DNA from: Phyllosticta citribraziliensis | Taxonomy: Eukaryota | DNA: 64,000 bases | Reading direction: 5' to 3' | Assembly (NCBI RefSeq): GCF_038025025.1 | Contig: NW_027117345.1 | Location: forward strand, 930,001 to 994,000 | Shown: one piece after another, positions 24,810 to 38,704 of the stretch | Numbering within the stretch: the first letter of the stretch is position 1 | Layout: each line of letters starts with the position of its first letter | Translations under genes and position numbers: made by a program | The notes under the pieces: generated by a model | The model's input: the letters and a program-made list of their open reading frames with translations, nothing else | Database searches by the model: none | Told to the model about the DNA's origin: nothing

Positions 24810-25522
24810 GGTGACTGTGGAGGGTTTGTTCGGAATGTCGTTGACTTCTGCTTTGCAAACACGTTTTGCAAGAAGTACCTGGCCTTAAATCTCGCGACCT
24901 GATCCGCCTCGTAGTGTAAGGTGTCCGGAGTCCGCTCTCGTCATAATTGCGGGGCAAAGACGCGGTGTCATCGGGAGCGGCAGCTAGTTTCTCTTGGTCT
25001 CGCGACCAGCAATTCCGGTACCTATGGTACCTGAGCTTAGCTGAGCTTAGCCGACGTCCGGCTCCATCACATGCCCAAGCATTCTCCCTTTACATCGCGC
25101 TATGGCTCTTGCAAGCGGCCAATAATTCTGTAAAAACGATCATAAACGGCTCAAGCGGGCGACAGGATGGAGCCTGTGCTGACCACTGCCGGGCGTGGAT
25201 GTTCAAGAGCATGCAGAGGATGACGGGAACGTTCGATCGTTCGGCCGAGGACAACGAGCGAAAAGCAAGGGGGAAGCAGCCACAGCATAAGACCCACTCT
25301 CCGCGGGTACCGGTCGGGCATGGATGTCGGCTAGGGCTCCGGTCTCTCCGGGCCCGTCGTCCCGTTCCGATATCTTGCTAACTGGAAAGGGAAACTAGTC
25401 ATATTCTACAGTGTATTCTGATCCATTATCACAGGGTATAAATTAAAGATCCTCCCAAGTTGTATCCACAGTGTATGTCCAGATCCTTCACAACACTCTA
25501 ATCATGAACAGCCTCCCCAGTC

Positions 25523-27013
25523 TCATTCAATCACCCTCTTCGCCAAACTTCCAAACTCCGTCTCCTCACACAGCCTTTCCATATCTTCAACGCTCAACTG
25601 CACCAGCACCTCCCAATCAGCGTCTCCCTTGGTTCCCAGCTTGCGCGGCAGAATGTTGCAAGCGCCCTCACTAGCACTTCGCGTCTTCCTAATCCACTGT
25701 GCACAACCCGTCGTCGTGCCGGGAATGCTAAAGTCGACATCAGCTCCAAAGCTGACCCACGAGCTGAGGAAGATTCCCGTGTCGCCCATGTCGAGTGCGC
25801 GCCAGAAGGCGTGGAGCGTGGAGCTGGGGTCTTGCAGAGACGCCCACAGATCTAGACGCTGCTGCGCGAACGCTTTGTCGACTGACTGTATCGCGTTGCG
25901 AAGCCTGAGGGCTGCATTGGCAACGACGGCAACCGTGGATACATTATCGGAAGGCTCCTTGAAACTCTCTGGTGCACTGGTGCTTACAAGCTCTTCCAGG
26001 CGAGCTGCGACGAGTGGCTGTAGGAAAGCGTTCCCAAAGTAGTCCGCTGGCAATGAAGGCGTTAACTTACTCCGAGCATCTGCAGACTGCGAAAACTTGA
26101 CAATGGTAGATGGTGAGAGTCTACTGAAGCGAACTTTCATGATGCTGGTCCAAAGAAGGGCACATAGACAGTCGCAAGTTGATGCCCACATGGTGGAGTC
26201 TGTCGCCCGCAGATGCTCAACAACAGCTTCTTTGAGCTCAGCAATGCGGTGCGCTTCGAAGATGAACAGTCGGCCAGTGGCGGGGCGGTTGAGCAGCGGA
26301 GGGGGCTCTCCATAGTCGTACTCCACGCATGCATGGGCATCGATAGACGGTGTCTGGCTGCAGAGTGGAACGAATGCACGGGGTTTGACTAGAAGGTCTG
26401 TAGCTTGTCAGACTCCAAAGATTTCTCCGCGTTTGACAGCTTTTGGCAGGGGGCAATACCTACCGCCGGAAAACTCGATTGTCTCCAAATGCATGTTGCG
26501 GCCGAATTCTTCGTATACAGCATTCTTCGACACACCGTCAAGGACCATGTGGCTGAATGTAAAGCAGAGAATGAGCCCTCCATCCACAAAATTTACCTGA
26601 AAGCCATATACAGGGTAACTCTCCCCACGTTTGGGGTTCTTCGGCAATGAGGAGAGGTCTTCGGTGGTCAGTTCGCTCTGTGGCATCCCTCGCGCGTGGA
26701 GCTTTTCGTAGTCAATGGACAACCATTTCATTCCGAAAAGGTGAGTTCCGTACGAATGACACGGAGTTGGCTTTGAATATCGCACTTCCTTTAGATTGCT
26801 CTTAAGTCCTGGCCGTTGAATGGGTGTAACGACGCCAGCGAGGATCGGCCATCTTGCAACAGTCGCTTGCAGAGCCCGATGCAGCTGGTGCAAGGCGCTG
26901 GAAGTATCCTTTGAATCCGGGAATTTGAAGCAAAATAGCTGGCGGATGTAAAAGTCAGGGGCAACCTGGTCAAGAATGGAAAGCTCTAGAATTTGCTCAT
27001 TGATGGGTTCCAT
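25523..27013 (-). CDS. CoA-dependent acyltransferase (Transferase/BAHD fold, Tri101-like O-acetyltransferase)
   Basis: Exons 27013-26464 and 26397-25523 (intron 26463-26398). Motifs LSILDQ, WPILAG, QVNFVDGGLIL, catalytic HMVLDG, LPADYFGNA and a divergent DFG-like VDFSIPG. Confidence 0.88.
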
Positions 27014-27528
27014 GGTGCAAATGGGTGCTTGGTTGATTCTCGAAAGACTGGTTTCCACTTGGCGAGAGAGTTTGGAAGAAGGTGGACCAGTGTGAGTAGT
27101 TGCATTGGTATAATATTGAAAGCATACTGGGATTTTATAGTCGCAGTCTTGTATGCATAGTAGCACTGGCTTGGCAGGGCCGGTGACATGAAGTTGAGCC
27201 TCTTCCCATCTGTTCGGGAGCATTCATACGCATGAGAGACACGCGTGAGACTGGTCAGGCCTGGCATTCGCTTCTCTGCTGCAGTCAGCTTTATATGTCA
27301 GGGCCTGGGAAACGTGCCAAAGAATCCTGATGGACACGTTGACACGTCGTGGTTTCTTTGTGGCATGCCACCCATCATCGACAGCGGTCAAAGCAATCGG
27401 GGCAAACAAAATTCTTGACGCGAACAAACTTTGTTCGTAGTAAATGGACAGACAAAGATGAGCAAAGGCAAGAGATCTTGACATTCCTGCGCGTCAAAAT
27501 TGTGACTATCACCCCGTGAGATGTTAAC

Positions 27529-28186
27529 TCAACGGACGAGTCCAAAAAGGACGCTGTCGGCACCCAGGGCCTCTGACAGCTCAATGCTCGCCCAAGTGCC
27601 CAACAAGGCACCGACAAGACCAGTAAAGCTGCGCCAGATGTTGTACTTGCTCCACATATGGATCATCTCTTTGGTCGTCATTGACGCCTCAATCGCACTT
27701 GTCCTGGCTTCGCCCTTGGCCAACCGCTCTGCCCGTGTTCCTTCGCCAGGACCAGCCAGCCGCTCTGCGCGCAGGTTGAGTGCTCCAAGCAGCCATCGCA
27801 TATGGACAAAGGTGTGGACCAAGATGACCGAAGGAAGTAGCACCGCTGCTGCGATGTACTTGTTACGGATGCTCGTAGAGTAGGGCGCGGAGAGGTAGGC
27901 GAGAGAGCCGAAGCTTAGGCATGACATGACGGCAGCGGGGCCAGAAATGCGGTAGCCAATGTTGTAGATCTTGCGCCAGCGCGATATCAGCTGTCTTTCT
28001 TCGTCGGGCGTGTCTGAGGATTCGAAGAGGATGGTCGGGATGACGGCGTAGGAGCAAGCGTAGTTGAAACCTTGCAGCGGGTCAGCGAGGCGGCGGGGTG
28101 CCTGATCAGGGAACACGTCTACCTGCGAAGCCGGTCGCGGCCGTGATGCCGACCAGTTGTGCCACCCTCACTCCGTTGATGCTCAT
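27529..28186 (-). CDS. DUF1772 / anthrone-oxygenase-like small membrane protein
   Basis: Exons 28186-28123 and 28070-27529. About four TM helices, with family-like motifs RWRKIYNIG and EMIHMWSKYNIWRS. Confidence 0.72.
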
Positions 28187-28505
28187 GATCGTTGTGGGAC
28201 GTTTTCTTGTAAGAGGGAGGGATGAGAAGAGCGACTGGCTGCCCTGCGAGATGTAGATGGTGGCAGGCGGTTACAAAAGCAAGCGCACACCGTCAGCACC
28301 TTCCGGTTCCTCCCCTCGCCAACAAACGAAACCGAAACAACAAACCCATCCCATCTTCAGCACTTTGCTGTCACGTTGCAGACGCTTGTGCCATTGACAA
28401 CTTCTTCACGACATCTTCATTCACACAAACACGACTGGGCTTCGGCCTTGTGTCAGCGCGCAAACATCTCCATTTCAATCCTCCGCGGTCATCCTCCCTG
28501 CTTCT

Positions 28506-30444
28506 TCACGCCATCTCATGAACGCTACGTCTCGTTGGTTTCTCAGGCATCTCATGCACTGTGTCTGTCGGCCCCGCAGGTTTCTCAACTAAGAGCCCAT
28601 CATTTGAGAGTTCTTGCCTGTCATTGTCGGCTGGGGCCTCTGCTCTGAAATAGCCATCGAGCTCTCCTAGAGCACTGTCTGGAGACATTTCATTCTCCGT
28701 CGGAGCGACCGAAGCCTCCTTGGTCTCGCTGGACTCCTTCGACTTCTTGAGCTTCTTGAGCCAAAACAGAATTCCCACGAGGATCAGTGCAACGCCGGCC
28801 AACCCACCCAAGACACCGCCGGCAATTGCTCCTGCATGGCTTGACGAACCTGAGCCGGGCAAGCTCGACGAAGTCGCCGTCGGAGAATTCGTGCTGGATC
28901 CGGATGGTGGGACGTAAGTGTCCCTGGCAACCGTCTGATTGAAGATATTTTCCAGCCTGGTCGAGTTCCAACCTCCTTGGGGTGCTGTCACGTTGGCGCC
29001 ACCCGACGAACTGTCCGTTGTTAGCAAACCGGTTGACAGCGAAGTAAGTGTGTACTCACTTTCCGCCAATGACGCTGTACACAACTTCTGGAACCTCGTA
29101 CGTCTGATTTGTTCTGAACTCGGTTCGCCAGACAAAAGACGTTGTGTCCAACACCTTGATGGGCGGGTGAGCCGTGGCGTTGCAGTTGTTGTTGAGCGTC
29201 GACCCATTTGCGTAAACCTCGCCACCCACAACGAGAAGCTGTCTTTGGTCCCAAACTTCGCACTTGTGTCGGTGGCGCCCGGCGTATTTGTTGTCTGCTG
29301 TATCTGGATCTCCCGTGGAGTTTATCTGCATCTTAATGAGACAAGTATCTAAAGGGGAGTCCGGTCTTGCCGCACCTTGATCCACTGGAATCCCGGGACG
29401 GTCAACACGTAGACGTCATTGAGCGCGATGGTCCTCTCCTGGCTCCAGCCTCCGTGGATGGAGATCTGGAAACTTGAGTCGTCGGGTGCAGCGGACAAAC
29501 CCGCACAAAACTCGATCCTCGGGTCGGGGATGTCGCCAGTCGCTGTGATGTTGTACCAAGTACTGGACGCAATGTCGAAAATGAAGATGTCGGCCATGTT
29601 TCGCTCATTCCAGATGGTTTCGCCATTGTACGTTTGCGAGTCCGTTGTATCGTCTCCGCCGAAGCTGATCAAAGTCCCTTGCTCGCCCTTCCTCGTATAC
29701 ACCATGACACCTTTCAAAGTGGGAAGTCCCACATCGTTGTTGAATGCCAGGGTCAGGTTGTCAGAGTTATCTGTCTCGAAGGCGATCATGCCGTTGTTTG
29801 CGCCTTCAAAATCAATCTTCCATCCGCCAGTCATCCATGACCTTCCAGTTGCTTGGTCGGACGCGTATATACCTTCTGTTGAGTCGCCAAAGACGATTGA
29901 GCCAGAGTCGATGGGTGCCAGGCTCCAGTTACCAGAGGTCGTGTTGTATGACCAAAGCGATTCGTTGATCCCATTCACGCTTACGCCCACGAAGCCGCCA
30001 TAGGCATACAAGTTGGTGTGGTCGTAGAAGAATGCCCCGGAAGCACCGCCCGACACTTCTCTCTCTCCACTCGACAAATCTTCAGACGGCAAATCAGACT
30101 GGGACAAAATGTCTGTTCCCAGCATACCATCAACTGAGAAGTCACTTTCCAGGTCCAGCCAGTACATGTATGACCTTTTGAAAAAGTGTTAAAGTCTGGT
30201 TTCTGGGAGGGAGACACGGACGTACGTATTATGCCAACTTTTGTCGTCGGCGAAAGCTTAACATATGAGCATTACTGACTTAAACTAATTACTAGGTTTA
30301 CATACTGTAGTTTCCAGAGGCAAAAAAGAGGCGATTGTCCACAAGTGCGAGTCTGTGGCCAGTGATTCCGCACATGCTGCCGCTTGACTGAGCGACGGCT
30401 ACCACCGCGATCGCGGAGACCACCAAGCAAGATTCAGCCTTCAT
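28506..30444 (-). CDS. Single-pass membrane protein with an extracellular kelch/galactose-oxidase-type beta-propeller
   Basis: Five exons reconstructed. Signal peptide MKAESCLVVSAIAVVAVA. Motifs CGITGH..VDNRLF, IFDIASSTWY..ATGDIPDPRIEFCA, DVYVLTVPGFQWIK and GRHRHKC. TM segment AGAIAGGVLGGLAGVALILVGILFWLKK; cytosolic GELDG/EAPA/EMP motifs. Confidence 0.85.
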
Positions 30445-31409
30445 CTTGGGCCTTTGAGACTCCTCAGCATTCGGGGTTGGAAAATTCGAGCGGAAGGGTG
30501 GATCTATCTCCGGTCCTCGCGTCTGGGGGAGGGGACTCCAGGGACGTCGTTGCGCTCAAGCAGGGGCAACGGACAGGAAGACGGGGCGCGTAAATCGTCC
30601 AAGCCACACGAGCTGCCTTGCACGCAATAGCCAGTGAAGAAGGAGGCTGAAGGCGGAGTTCCTGGTAGGATTCCCGCGGCGTCAAAATTCACCCCAGGGT
30701 TCAAAGAGAACGTTGTGGTTGCAGGACTCAGGAGCACCACAAAACGCGAGCGGTGAGATGATGTTTGTTATCACGGCTCGTGAGAAGGAATCGATTGCAT
30801 GCACGAGACCTATTATTCGAATGTTTCTTGACCCACTCAAACTACACTTGGGCCCTTTGCCGTCGGCACAGCTTCCTTTTTGGTAATCAAAACGGCGCGC
30901 TCGGGGTGGGGGCGGAGCTCTAATTGCCAATCTACGGCCAAAGAGGCGAACATGGGGACGATCCGACCCGAACATCTCCATCAAGCCCGCGAAGCTTAAA
31001 CTTAGTGCGTGGCGCTTCACAAGACTTTGCGATATGTCCAAGTCATAGTGTTCCTACTATGTATGCTGAGTTCCAGGGGAAGGCGAGAAAGCTTCCTCTT
31101 CACGTCAAATCTTGTCGCCTCGGATCCTTCCAGACCACGCACGGGGAGTCCGACAATCACGCTCGCTTTAGCGAGCTCAAAGTGGTGTCACTGACTCCGC
31201 GGCGACGGTCCAAAAATATCTCGTGCCTTGGGGTCCATGACGGCATTCCATCTTGTCTCCACGCTAGTGCACATTCGACGTCGCCCCGGCCCTGAAGGCA
31301 ACAACAATCCCATGAAGCATTCAAACGATAGATATAAAGTCAAACTTATCTGGGCCTCGGCGCTTAGCAGTAACGATTTGCAGCAGCGGTGTGTGACGTT
31401 AATCGCAAC

Positions 31410-32876
31410 ATGTTTTCGTTCCGACGCGCTCCCCTGGCTGCTTTGGCTTGTGCATCTTGCCTCGTGGATTTGTCCGCTGCCGAGTTGAAGAATGTGTTCG
31501 CACACTATATGGTACGAACACAAGGAAGCTTCGATGCCTCGAACAGTTGTTGACAATTTGATAGGTCGGCGGCATGTCAGGTGTTGACCAAGCAAGAAGC
31601 GATGTCCAACAAGCAAAGGCCGTGGGCTTTGATGCATTTGCTCTCAACGTCCAGAACGTAGTCGACCCTTGGTCTCTGGATTCGATCCGATGGCTTTTTG
31701 ATGCCGCCCTCGAGAATGACTTTAAACTCTTCTTTTCCTTCGACATGGCAGTCGTGACCAACGTCACCACCTTTCTCCCTCTGTTTAAGGAGTATCAGGC
31801 CAACGAGTCGTACTACCATCACAAAGACCTGCCGTTTGTGAGCACATTCGACGGCGCGGCCCTGAACTTTGGATACGAGTCGGCCAACGCAGGCTGGAAA
31901 GCAGAGCTCAAGGACGCTCTCAGCAACGACGGAATCACTCCCTTTTTCATCCCTGACTTTGACGATTGGGGCGGCTCGGGATACACGTCCGACTTCTTCA
32001 GCTCGTACGACGTGGTCGATGGAGTCTTCAGCTGGGAGACTGCGTGGCCGACCACAGACACGGGATCCGGCAACGTGAGCGCCGTCGTCGACGAAGGGAG
32101 CCAAAGGGCGGCACACGCAGCCAGCAAGCCGTACATGATGCGTGAGTCCCAAACTCCATGTGATCCCCTTTGGCCAGCAGCAACTGACGGACACCACCAA
32201 AGCTCTCTCCACCCTCCAATTCAAGCACATCACCGGCTCCGGGAACTGGTACCGCCGCGGCGAGCTCAACCTGGCGCAGCGCATGGCGCAAGTGCTGGCG
32301 CAGCAGCCCGACTTCGTCGAAGTCATAACGTGGAACGACGCGGGCGAGAGCCACTACATCGGCAACGTGTGGGCCGACAGCATCGCGTCGAGCCCGGACA
32401 TCCAGGCCTACGCCAACGGCTACGACCACAGCGCGTGGCAGGACGTCATCGCGCCCTTCATCACGGCGTACAAGAACGGCGCTACCGACGTCGCGGCCAT
32501 CACGCCCTTTGGCGCCTTCGCTGCCGCCTTCTGGTACCGCCCGCTGCTGGCCAGCGCCTGCTGCAGTGGCGACGGCCTCGGGAAGCCGAGTGGCTGGGAA
32601 AACGCGCTCGATGCTGTCAACTTTGCTGTCCTGCTGCCAGAGGATACGGAGGGCGTGACGATCAAGGTGTACAGCGGCGGCAACGTCATTGCATCGGTGC
32701 CCGGCGTCGCGGGACTGAATGCGCAGAGTGTGCCTGGCATACAGTTAGGAGCGCAGAAGGTCGAGCTCGTCAAGGAGGATGGTACTGTTTTGGGTGCTGG
32801 GAGCAGCACTGTTGATGTGGTGGCCGAGACGGATGGGACGTGTAATTTTAATTATCAGGTTGTGCATGTTGCGTAG
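31410..32876 (+). CDS. Glycoside hydrolase family 71 alpha-1,3-glucanase (mutanase), secreted
   Basis: Exons 31410-31511, 31565-32141 and 32203-32876. Motifs VFAHYMVG, GFDAFALN, FKLFFSFDM, PFVSTFDG, DGVFSWETAWP, VEVITWNDAGESHYIG and CNFNYQV. Confidence 0.93.
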
Positions 32877-33805
32877 GCGGCGAGTTCATTGAAACCATCG
32901 GATGGTGTTGATTTGTTCCTTTGTGAGGGAGGGCGTTTAAAGAGCACCTTCCTCCTTATTCGATGGTCTTGCAGTCTTCCATGCGTCTGGTCGAGATGTG
33001 CAGCGACTAAGCCAAAGTGGGGACATACCTGGCTGGCGTGGTCATAGCCTCTTTGGTGTCATTCCTTTCGACATCGCAACTGTCTGGTCAAGTGTCTTCT
33101 CAGTCAGTCAGTCAGTCATGCACGGCAGAAACATCACCAAGCAACTGATTTTCCAGCCCCGAGCACCGCTCTCCGAAGCCATGGTAGTAGCAAAGCTTTA
33201 CCATTCATCTCTGGCATTGAACATTTTCTAAGCTAAATCCCACCCGCTGTCTCAAGAGAATTCCCTTCAAAAGTGCAGACTGATTCCATGATTAAGCAAG
33301 CCCAAGACGCCTTCGCTATGCCTCTGGCACGCCTCCATAGAGGGAGGAACGCTGTTCTTTTTTCGGTGACGACGAGAAAAAAGTAAAAGGGGATTACTAG
33401 TGCACGCTATGTGGATTGAAGAAGCAAAAGCCAGGGTGATTGAATTGGGGAACGGGGAAGGGGGGAAGGGCAGCGTATGACAGGGGCCAGAGAAGTGGCT
33501 CGACCAGAGGTTGGAGCTGACCCCAAGGGGGGCAAGTCAGACGAAAGCCTCGTGTCAGACTCCGGTACCTTCGCCAACTAATGGGGTTTCGAATTGTCAA
33601 GGACAGTTGGACCATCGAGGCTGGAGCGTTGTTTGACAAATGAACGCCACCAACCGGAGTCTTGAAGTTCTTTTCCAAGTATCATTGCCAGGCCACCAGC
33701 AGATGGGATCGTGATCAAGCCATATGGATCATGTCTTGACTTTCGAATCGAAAAAGACCTTCCACGTGGAAAGAAGAGGGTTTGACAAGCTCTCAGTGTG
33801 ATGAA

Positions 33806-36573
33806 TCACTCCTCCTGATTGCTAGACCAAGCCTGGCGGCGCGTTGCCGAGCCAGCAGCAGAAGAAGGCTCGCTAGAACTAGTCGCGACTGTGGCTTCTT
33901 CCGAGTCGGTTTCGACAGCTCTGCCTTTGCCCTTGTCGATCCTGCGCTCCTGCTCCCCCTCGCTGGCGTTGTTTGCGGGAGCGGCGGGTTCGTCGGCACG
34001 CTCGGCAGTCGTAGCGGTCTCATTGATATCAGCCCCAGCAGTGGGTGAAGGGTTTGGTTGAGTCGTATCGGCGGCCTCGGTAGGCTGCAATGGCTCACGC
34101 TGGGCGCGTTGCTCTTCCTGTTGCTCGCGCTGACGTCTTTCCTCTCTGTCCTGGATGTCCCTACGAGCCTGAGCTTCCGCTTCCTCCCGAGCAGCGACCA
34201 TGCGCTCTCCAAGACCAGGCCACAAACTGGCGACGAAAAGAGCTACAAGCCTCTCGGCCCCCTGGATGGTGTCACGGAACCACGTGCGGCGCTGATCCTC
34301 GCGCTCTCGCAGGATGCGCTGGGCAACCTCCTCCGGGCTTGGTTCCCTTCGGCGCCTTCGCAGAGCTTCAGCCGCATTCGCTTCCTGATGGCCGTCATTG
34401 GCATTTTCACCGTTTCCGGCTTGAGCGCCAGGCTGTGGAGGCACGCCAACGAGTGCCTCAAAGTGTCTTCTGAAGCCATCGACCCTGTCACCAAGAACAG
34501 CACCGAAAATTCCCGCCTGGAACACGTAAACCACGAGACCGCAAAAAGCCATCATCAGAGTACGCCTCCAGCCGGAACCACTGAAGAGCCAGAGCATGCC
34601 AAAAATTCGGAGCAAAAGCCAGAAATGAGCCGCGATGGCACCAAGAGGAAGAGCGGCGTTTCCTGGACCCGCCTCTGGACCCTGAGCAGGAACCGGGGCT
34701 GGCTCTGCTACTGGTGCCTGTGCGGGTTGCGCGGGCTGTCCTTGCTGAGTGGGGCGACCAAGAAGGGCCCTGATTGCATCGAGTTCACCCACCTGGCCAC
34801 CAGCCAGTGGTACCTGAGCGAGCGCGGCAAGAGCTGGGTTTTGCGCAAGAACCGCGGACGTGTCGATTGGTTGCCCTTGATTCTGAGTCAAGAGCTGGAC
34901 GAGGTCCCTCAACGCGCGCTGGTATGCCATGTTTTCATACCATTCGCCTGGGGACATGTTGACAAAGGTGGGCTGGGCCGAGTAAAGGATTGATCGTGTA
35001 CCATCAGGTGCAATGAGCTGATAGGCGTTTGGACGCGGTTGCCTTTGCGCTCCGAAGGACGCAGTTCCAGCCTGAGGGGTACCTGTTGAGGCTCTGAGAC
35101 CGGCCATTGGCGTTGGAATGTCAGTTGGATGATCAGCTTGAGGATTTGGACGTTCTGTGGGTGCCTCTCCGTTGGTCGCTCTCCTCCTACTTGTGATGTG
35201 GCGACCCATGCTCTGAATCAGATGCCTCGTCATGCTCCGCATTCTCTCGTTCTCCATTTGCAATGTCAAAACCTCGCGGCTACGTGAACCCTCAGGAGTG
35301 GACACTAGGGCATGGATTGCCACATGAATGGAGTGCAAGAGAAGATTGACTCGCTCGAGTTGAGTAGCGGCTCGCTGAAATCTGTCAGGGGTCAGGCTCG
35401 CAATGTCAAACGATGAGGTGCCAGTGGGAAATAGCTCTTCGTTAATCCGAAGGACATGGGACTGGCAGGTGCTCATGTTGCCTTGAATCTGCTGCAGCAA
35501 GAAGTCCGAATGAGCGTGTGGCGGGCCTGCAACGATGGCCATGGTAGCCTGGGGACCAAGAGGGATGTTGGCGGCAATTGGTGTACCCGCAGGATGTTGC
35601 GGGACAGAGAATACCATTGAGCGTTGACCAGGGGCATGCATTGGCATGCTTGAAGAGTAGGCGACGGGTACAGGAGGAAGACCAGCAGCGTTTGGAGGTG
35701 CGGCTGCGAATGAGGCCTCTACGGCGTACCTCGTGCGATTTTCTTGTTCTCCGGCGTGGTCGCCCCCTGCTCGCTGTCTGTTTGACGCAAAAAGTCGGCG
35801 CCAGGCTTGTTCGGTGGCGTCCACCGCGCTTGGGAGATCTGAGGATTGTACTCCTTGTTGTGGTCCGTTGGTTTGGCCGCCATCTAGCGGACGGTAGATG
35901 TCTTGAAACGGGCGACCATGTGTAGGAGGAGGTCTGGGCCGGAATGCCTGATCCATCGCCCGCAAAGTCTCCGCCGCCGCTTCCTGATTGTGATTCGGTG
36001 CTGCTTGTCCAAAGTGGATGTGAGGAGGCACTGGAACTCCCGGTGGAGGGGCCATTGGTCCCGCATGGATAGCATGGATAGCTTGGTGCATGGCTTGTTG
36101 AATGGGGTTGGGTAGGCCATTCGGAGCCGGACCTGGCAGACGATCGGCGCGAGGAGGTTGTGATTGGGGTCGTTGGGTAGCGGTAGCAGCGTGGGGACGC
36201 GGCAAAGGATGGGCGGCATTTGGCGGAGCTGTGGAAGACCTTGGAGCCTCGCTGAGCACCATGTGCAGATTGCCCCGTCTTCCCGTCGATTGCAAGGTCT
36301 GGTAAACAGTCAGCTTGCTGAGCCAAAAATGCAGGATTGCAGTTGCGATACCTCTTCGTGAAACACGTTACCCAGGACCATGGTATCCTGGACGACACGG
36401 CCAAAGTAGATGATCCTCATGCGCTCCGGAGCAGGATGAGACGGCAGTGCATCGCGGATCTTGAGCTTGAGCTCGCGGATGGTCGTGGAAGGCGGAAGAG
36501 AGGGGAAATTGACACCGCCCTCGGCTTCGGGGATGGGCGACAAGACGCGCACGTCAATGGGCAGGTCCGCCAT
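33806..36573 (-). CDS. Usa1/HERP-like ERAD membrane protein with an N-terminal ubiquitin-like domain
   Basis: Exons 36573-36352 and 36298-33806. UBL motif TTIRELKLKI..HPAPERMRIIYFGRVVQD. C-terminal TM hairpin WLLLRIFGMLWLFS and LFVASLWPG. Confidence 0.75.
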
Positions 36574-37027
36574 GATGTCGTCGCCAAACGGGTGAAGGTT
36601 TGGTGGAAACGGTGGATGGGCGGAGCTGTGAGGTAATGAACGGATAGCCAGGCGAAGGCAGAATGCTGACCGCCCAGAGGGGCGAGAGCAGGCACGCAGG
36701 GAGGCAAGGCGCTAGAAAGGGGACAGGTGGAGGATTATCATATGCGAGCAGCAAACGCAGAAGGGAAGGGAAGGGAAGGGGAAATAGCATGTACAGGCGG
36801 ATGAGTGAGCATCAAAAGACTGCAGGCAGTGGACATTGAACAGTGGGCTACGTGGACCTGATTGATCACCAGGCGCCAAGGCCGGAGAGGCGCAGGGTTC
36901 AGCGAAACCAACGGAACCGTCCCGCCGCGGCGGAACCCGCAGCGTCATCGCACCGCATCGCACTCCAGGGCTGCGGTGCTCCACCACAAGTACCTCTCCA
37001 TCCCTCCCTCCCCATGCCACGCTGAAC

Positions 37028-38704
37028 ATGGCCTCTCTTGGGATCCGGCACAACCGGCTTCCCCATACCGCCCAGCTGATCTTTCGAGCAACCAGGCCCC
37101 AGCCAGCCTTTTCTCCGCCATGCTCTCCTCCGCGCCATCTCCGATTCTCTCCCCCGAACCGCTCCTTCACTGCGTCAGCGCGCCACTTTCACCAACGCGG
37201 CAAACAATCCTTTCGCGACAGGCTTAACGACTCACTAGCCAAGACAAAGATTGAGTGGAAGCCAATTCCAATTGCTCTTGGCGTTGGATTTCTCGGGGTG
37301 TTCCAATTTTTTCGCATCCAGCGCGATGAAAAGCAAAAGCAGGCCGACGCAGAAAGCGAACATGGTGACGACGACGGCCGACCACCCAGACGGCAGAGAG
37401 TCAGACCCAGTGGTCCCTGGTAGGTTGAGACGCATGCTCTGGCCGCTCAATAGCTGATATTCTGTAGGCAGGTTCAAGTCATGTCGACACTTCCTCTCAA
37501 GGCCGTGTCTCGCCTTTGGGGCCGTTTCAACGAGCTCGAGATCCCCTACTCTCTACGCGTGCCAGGATTCAAGCTGTACTCCTGGATATTTGGTGTCAAC
37601 CTAGACGAGGTCGAAGACCCGGATTTGCACAACTATCCAAACCTCGCGTCCTTCTTCTACCGCACACTCAAGCCCGGCGTCCGTCCCATCGATCCAAACC
37701 CAAACGCAATCGTTTCCCCTGCAGACGGCAAGATTGTCCAATTCGGCACGATAGACAATGGCGAGGTGGAGCAGGTAAAGGGCATCACGTATAGCTTGGA
37801 CGCCTTGCTAGGAGAAAGACCGCCAAGCCCACGTGGATCGATGGATTGGACCAACACCCAAGCGCCTGCCCAGGAAGGCCCAGACCGAGTAAGAGAGGGC
37901 GACGAGGAATACATCAAGGCGCATGAGGAATTTGCTCGAGTAAACGGCATCTCGTACACGCTACCAAACCTCTTCTCTGGCGGCGACAAATCGACAAAGG
38001 CGCAGCTAAGCGATCAATCCACCTCCTCAAAGCCATCTTCCGAGGCCGAAGTGCGAGCTGACCTCGCCCTTAACCGGCCTTGGTGGAGTCCCATGAGCAC
38101 ACAAAAGCCCACGGCGCTGTATTACTGCGTCGTCTATCTGGCGCCAGGCGACTACCACCGCTTTCACTCGCCCGTCAGCTGGGTCGTCGAGTCACGCCGA
38201 CACTTTGCAGGCGAGCTGTATAGTGTGTCGCCATACCTCGTGCGCACGCTGCCAGGCCTCTTCACGCTTAATGAGCGTGTGGTGCTGCTCGGCCGGTGGC
38301 GCTGGGGCTTCTTCTCGTACACGCCCGTCGGCGCCACAAACGTCGGCTCCATCGTCGTCAACTTTGACCGCGAGCTGCGCACCAACAGCCTGACGACCGA
38401 CACGGCGGCCGACCGCGCCGCCGAGGACGCAAAGAAGCGTGGCGAGCCCTTCTCGGGCTTCGCAGAGGCCACTTACGAAAAGGCCAGCCACGTTCTCGGC
38501 GGCCATGCCCTCAAGCGTGGCGAGGAGATGGGCGGCTTCCAGCTCGGCTCCACCATTGTCCTGGTCTTCGAGGCGCCGAAGCCGCAGCGCACGGGGACTT
38601 TTGACGAGGGATTCCGCGGCCTCAAGGGCGGCTGGAGATGGAACGTCGAAAAGGGCCAGAAGGTCAAGGTCGGTCAGGCCATTGGCTTTGTGGATGAAGA
38701 ATGA
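37028..38704 (+). CDS. PSD1: Mitochondrial phosphatidylserine decarboxylase proenzyme
   Basis: Exons 37028-37419 and 37468-38704. Mitochondrial presequence; motifs SPADG, YLAPGDYHRFHSP, VGATNVGSI and the autocleavage motif GGFQLGST. Confidence 0.96.
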
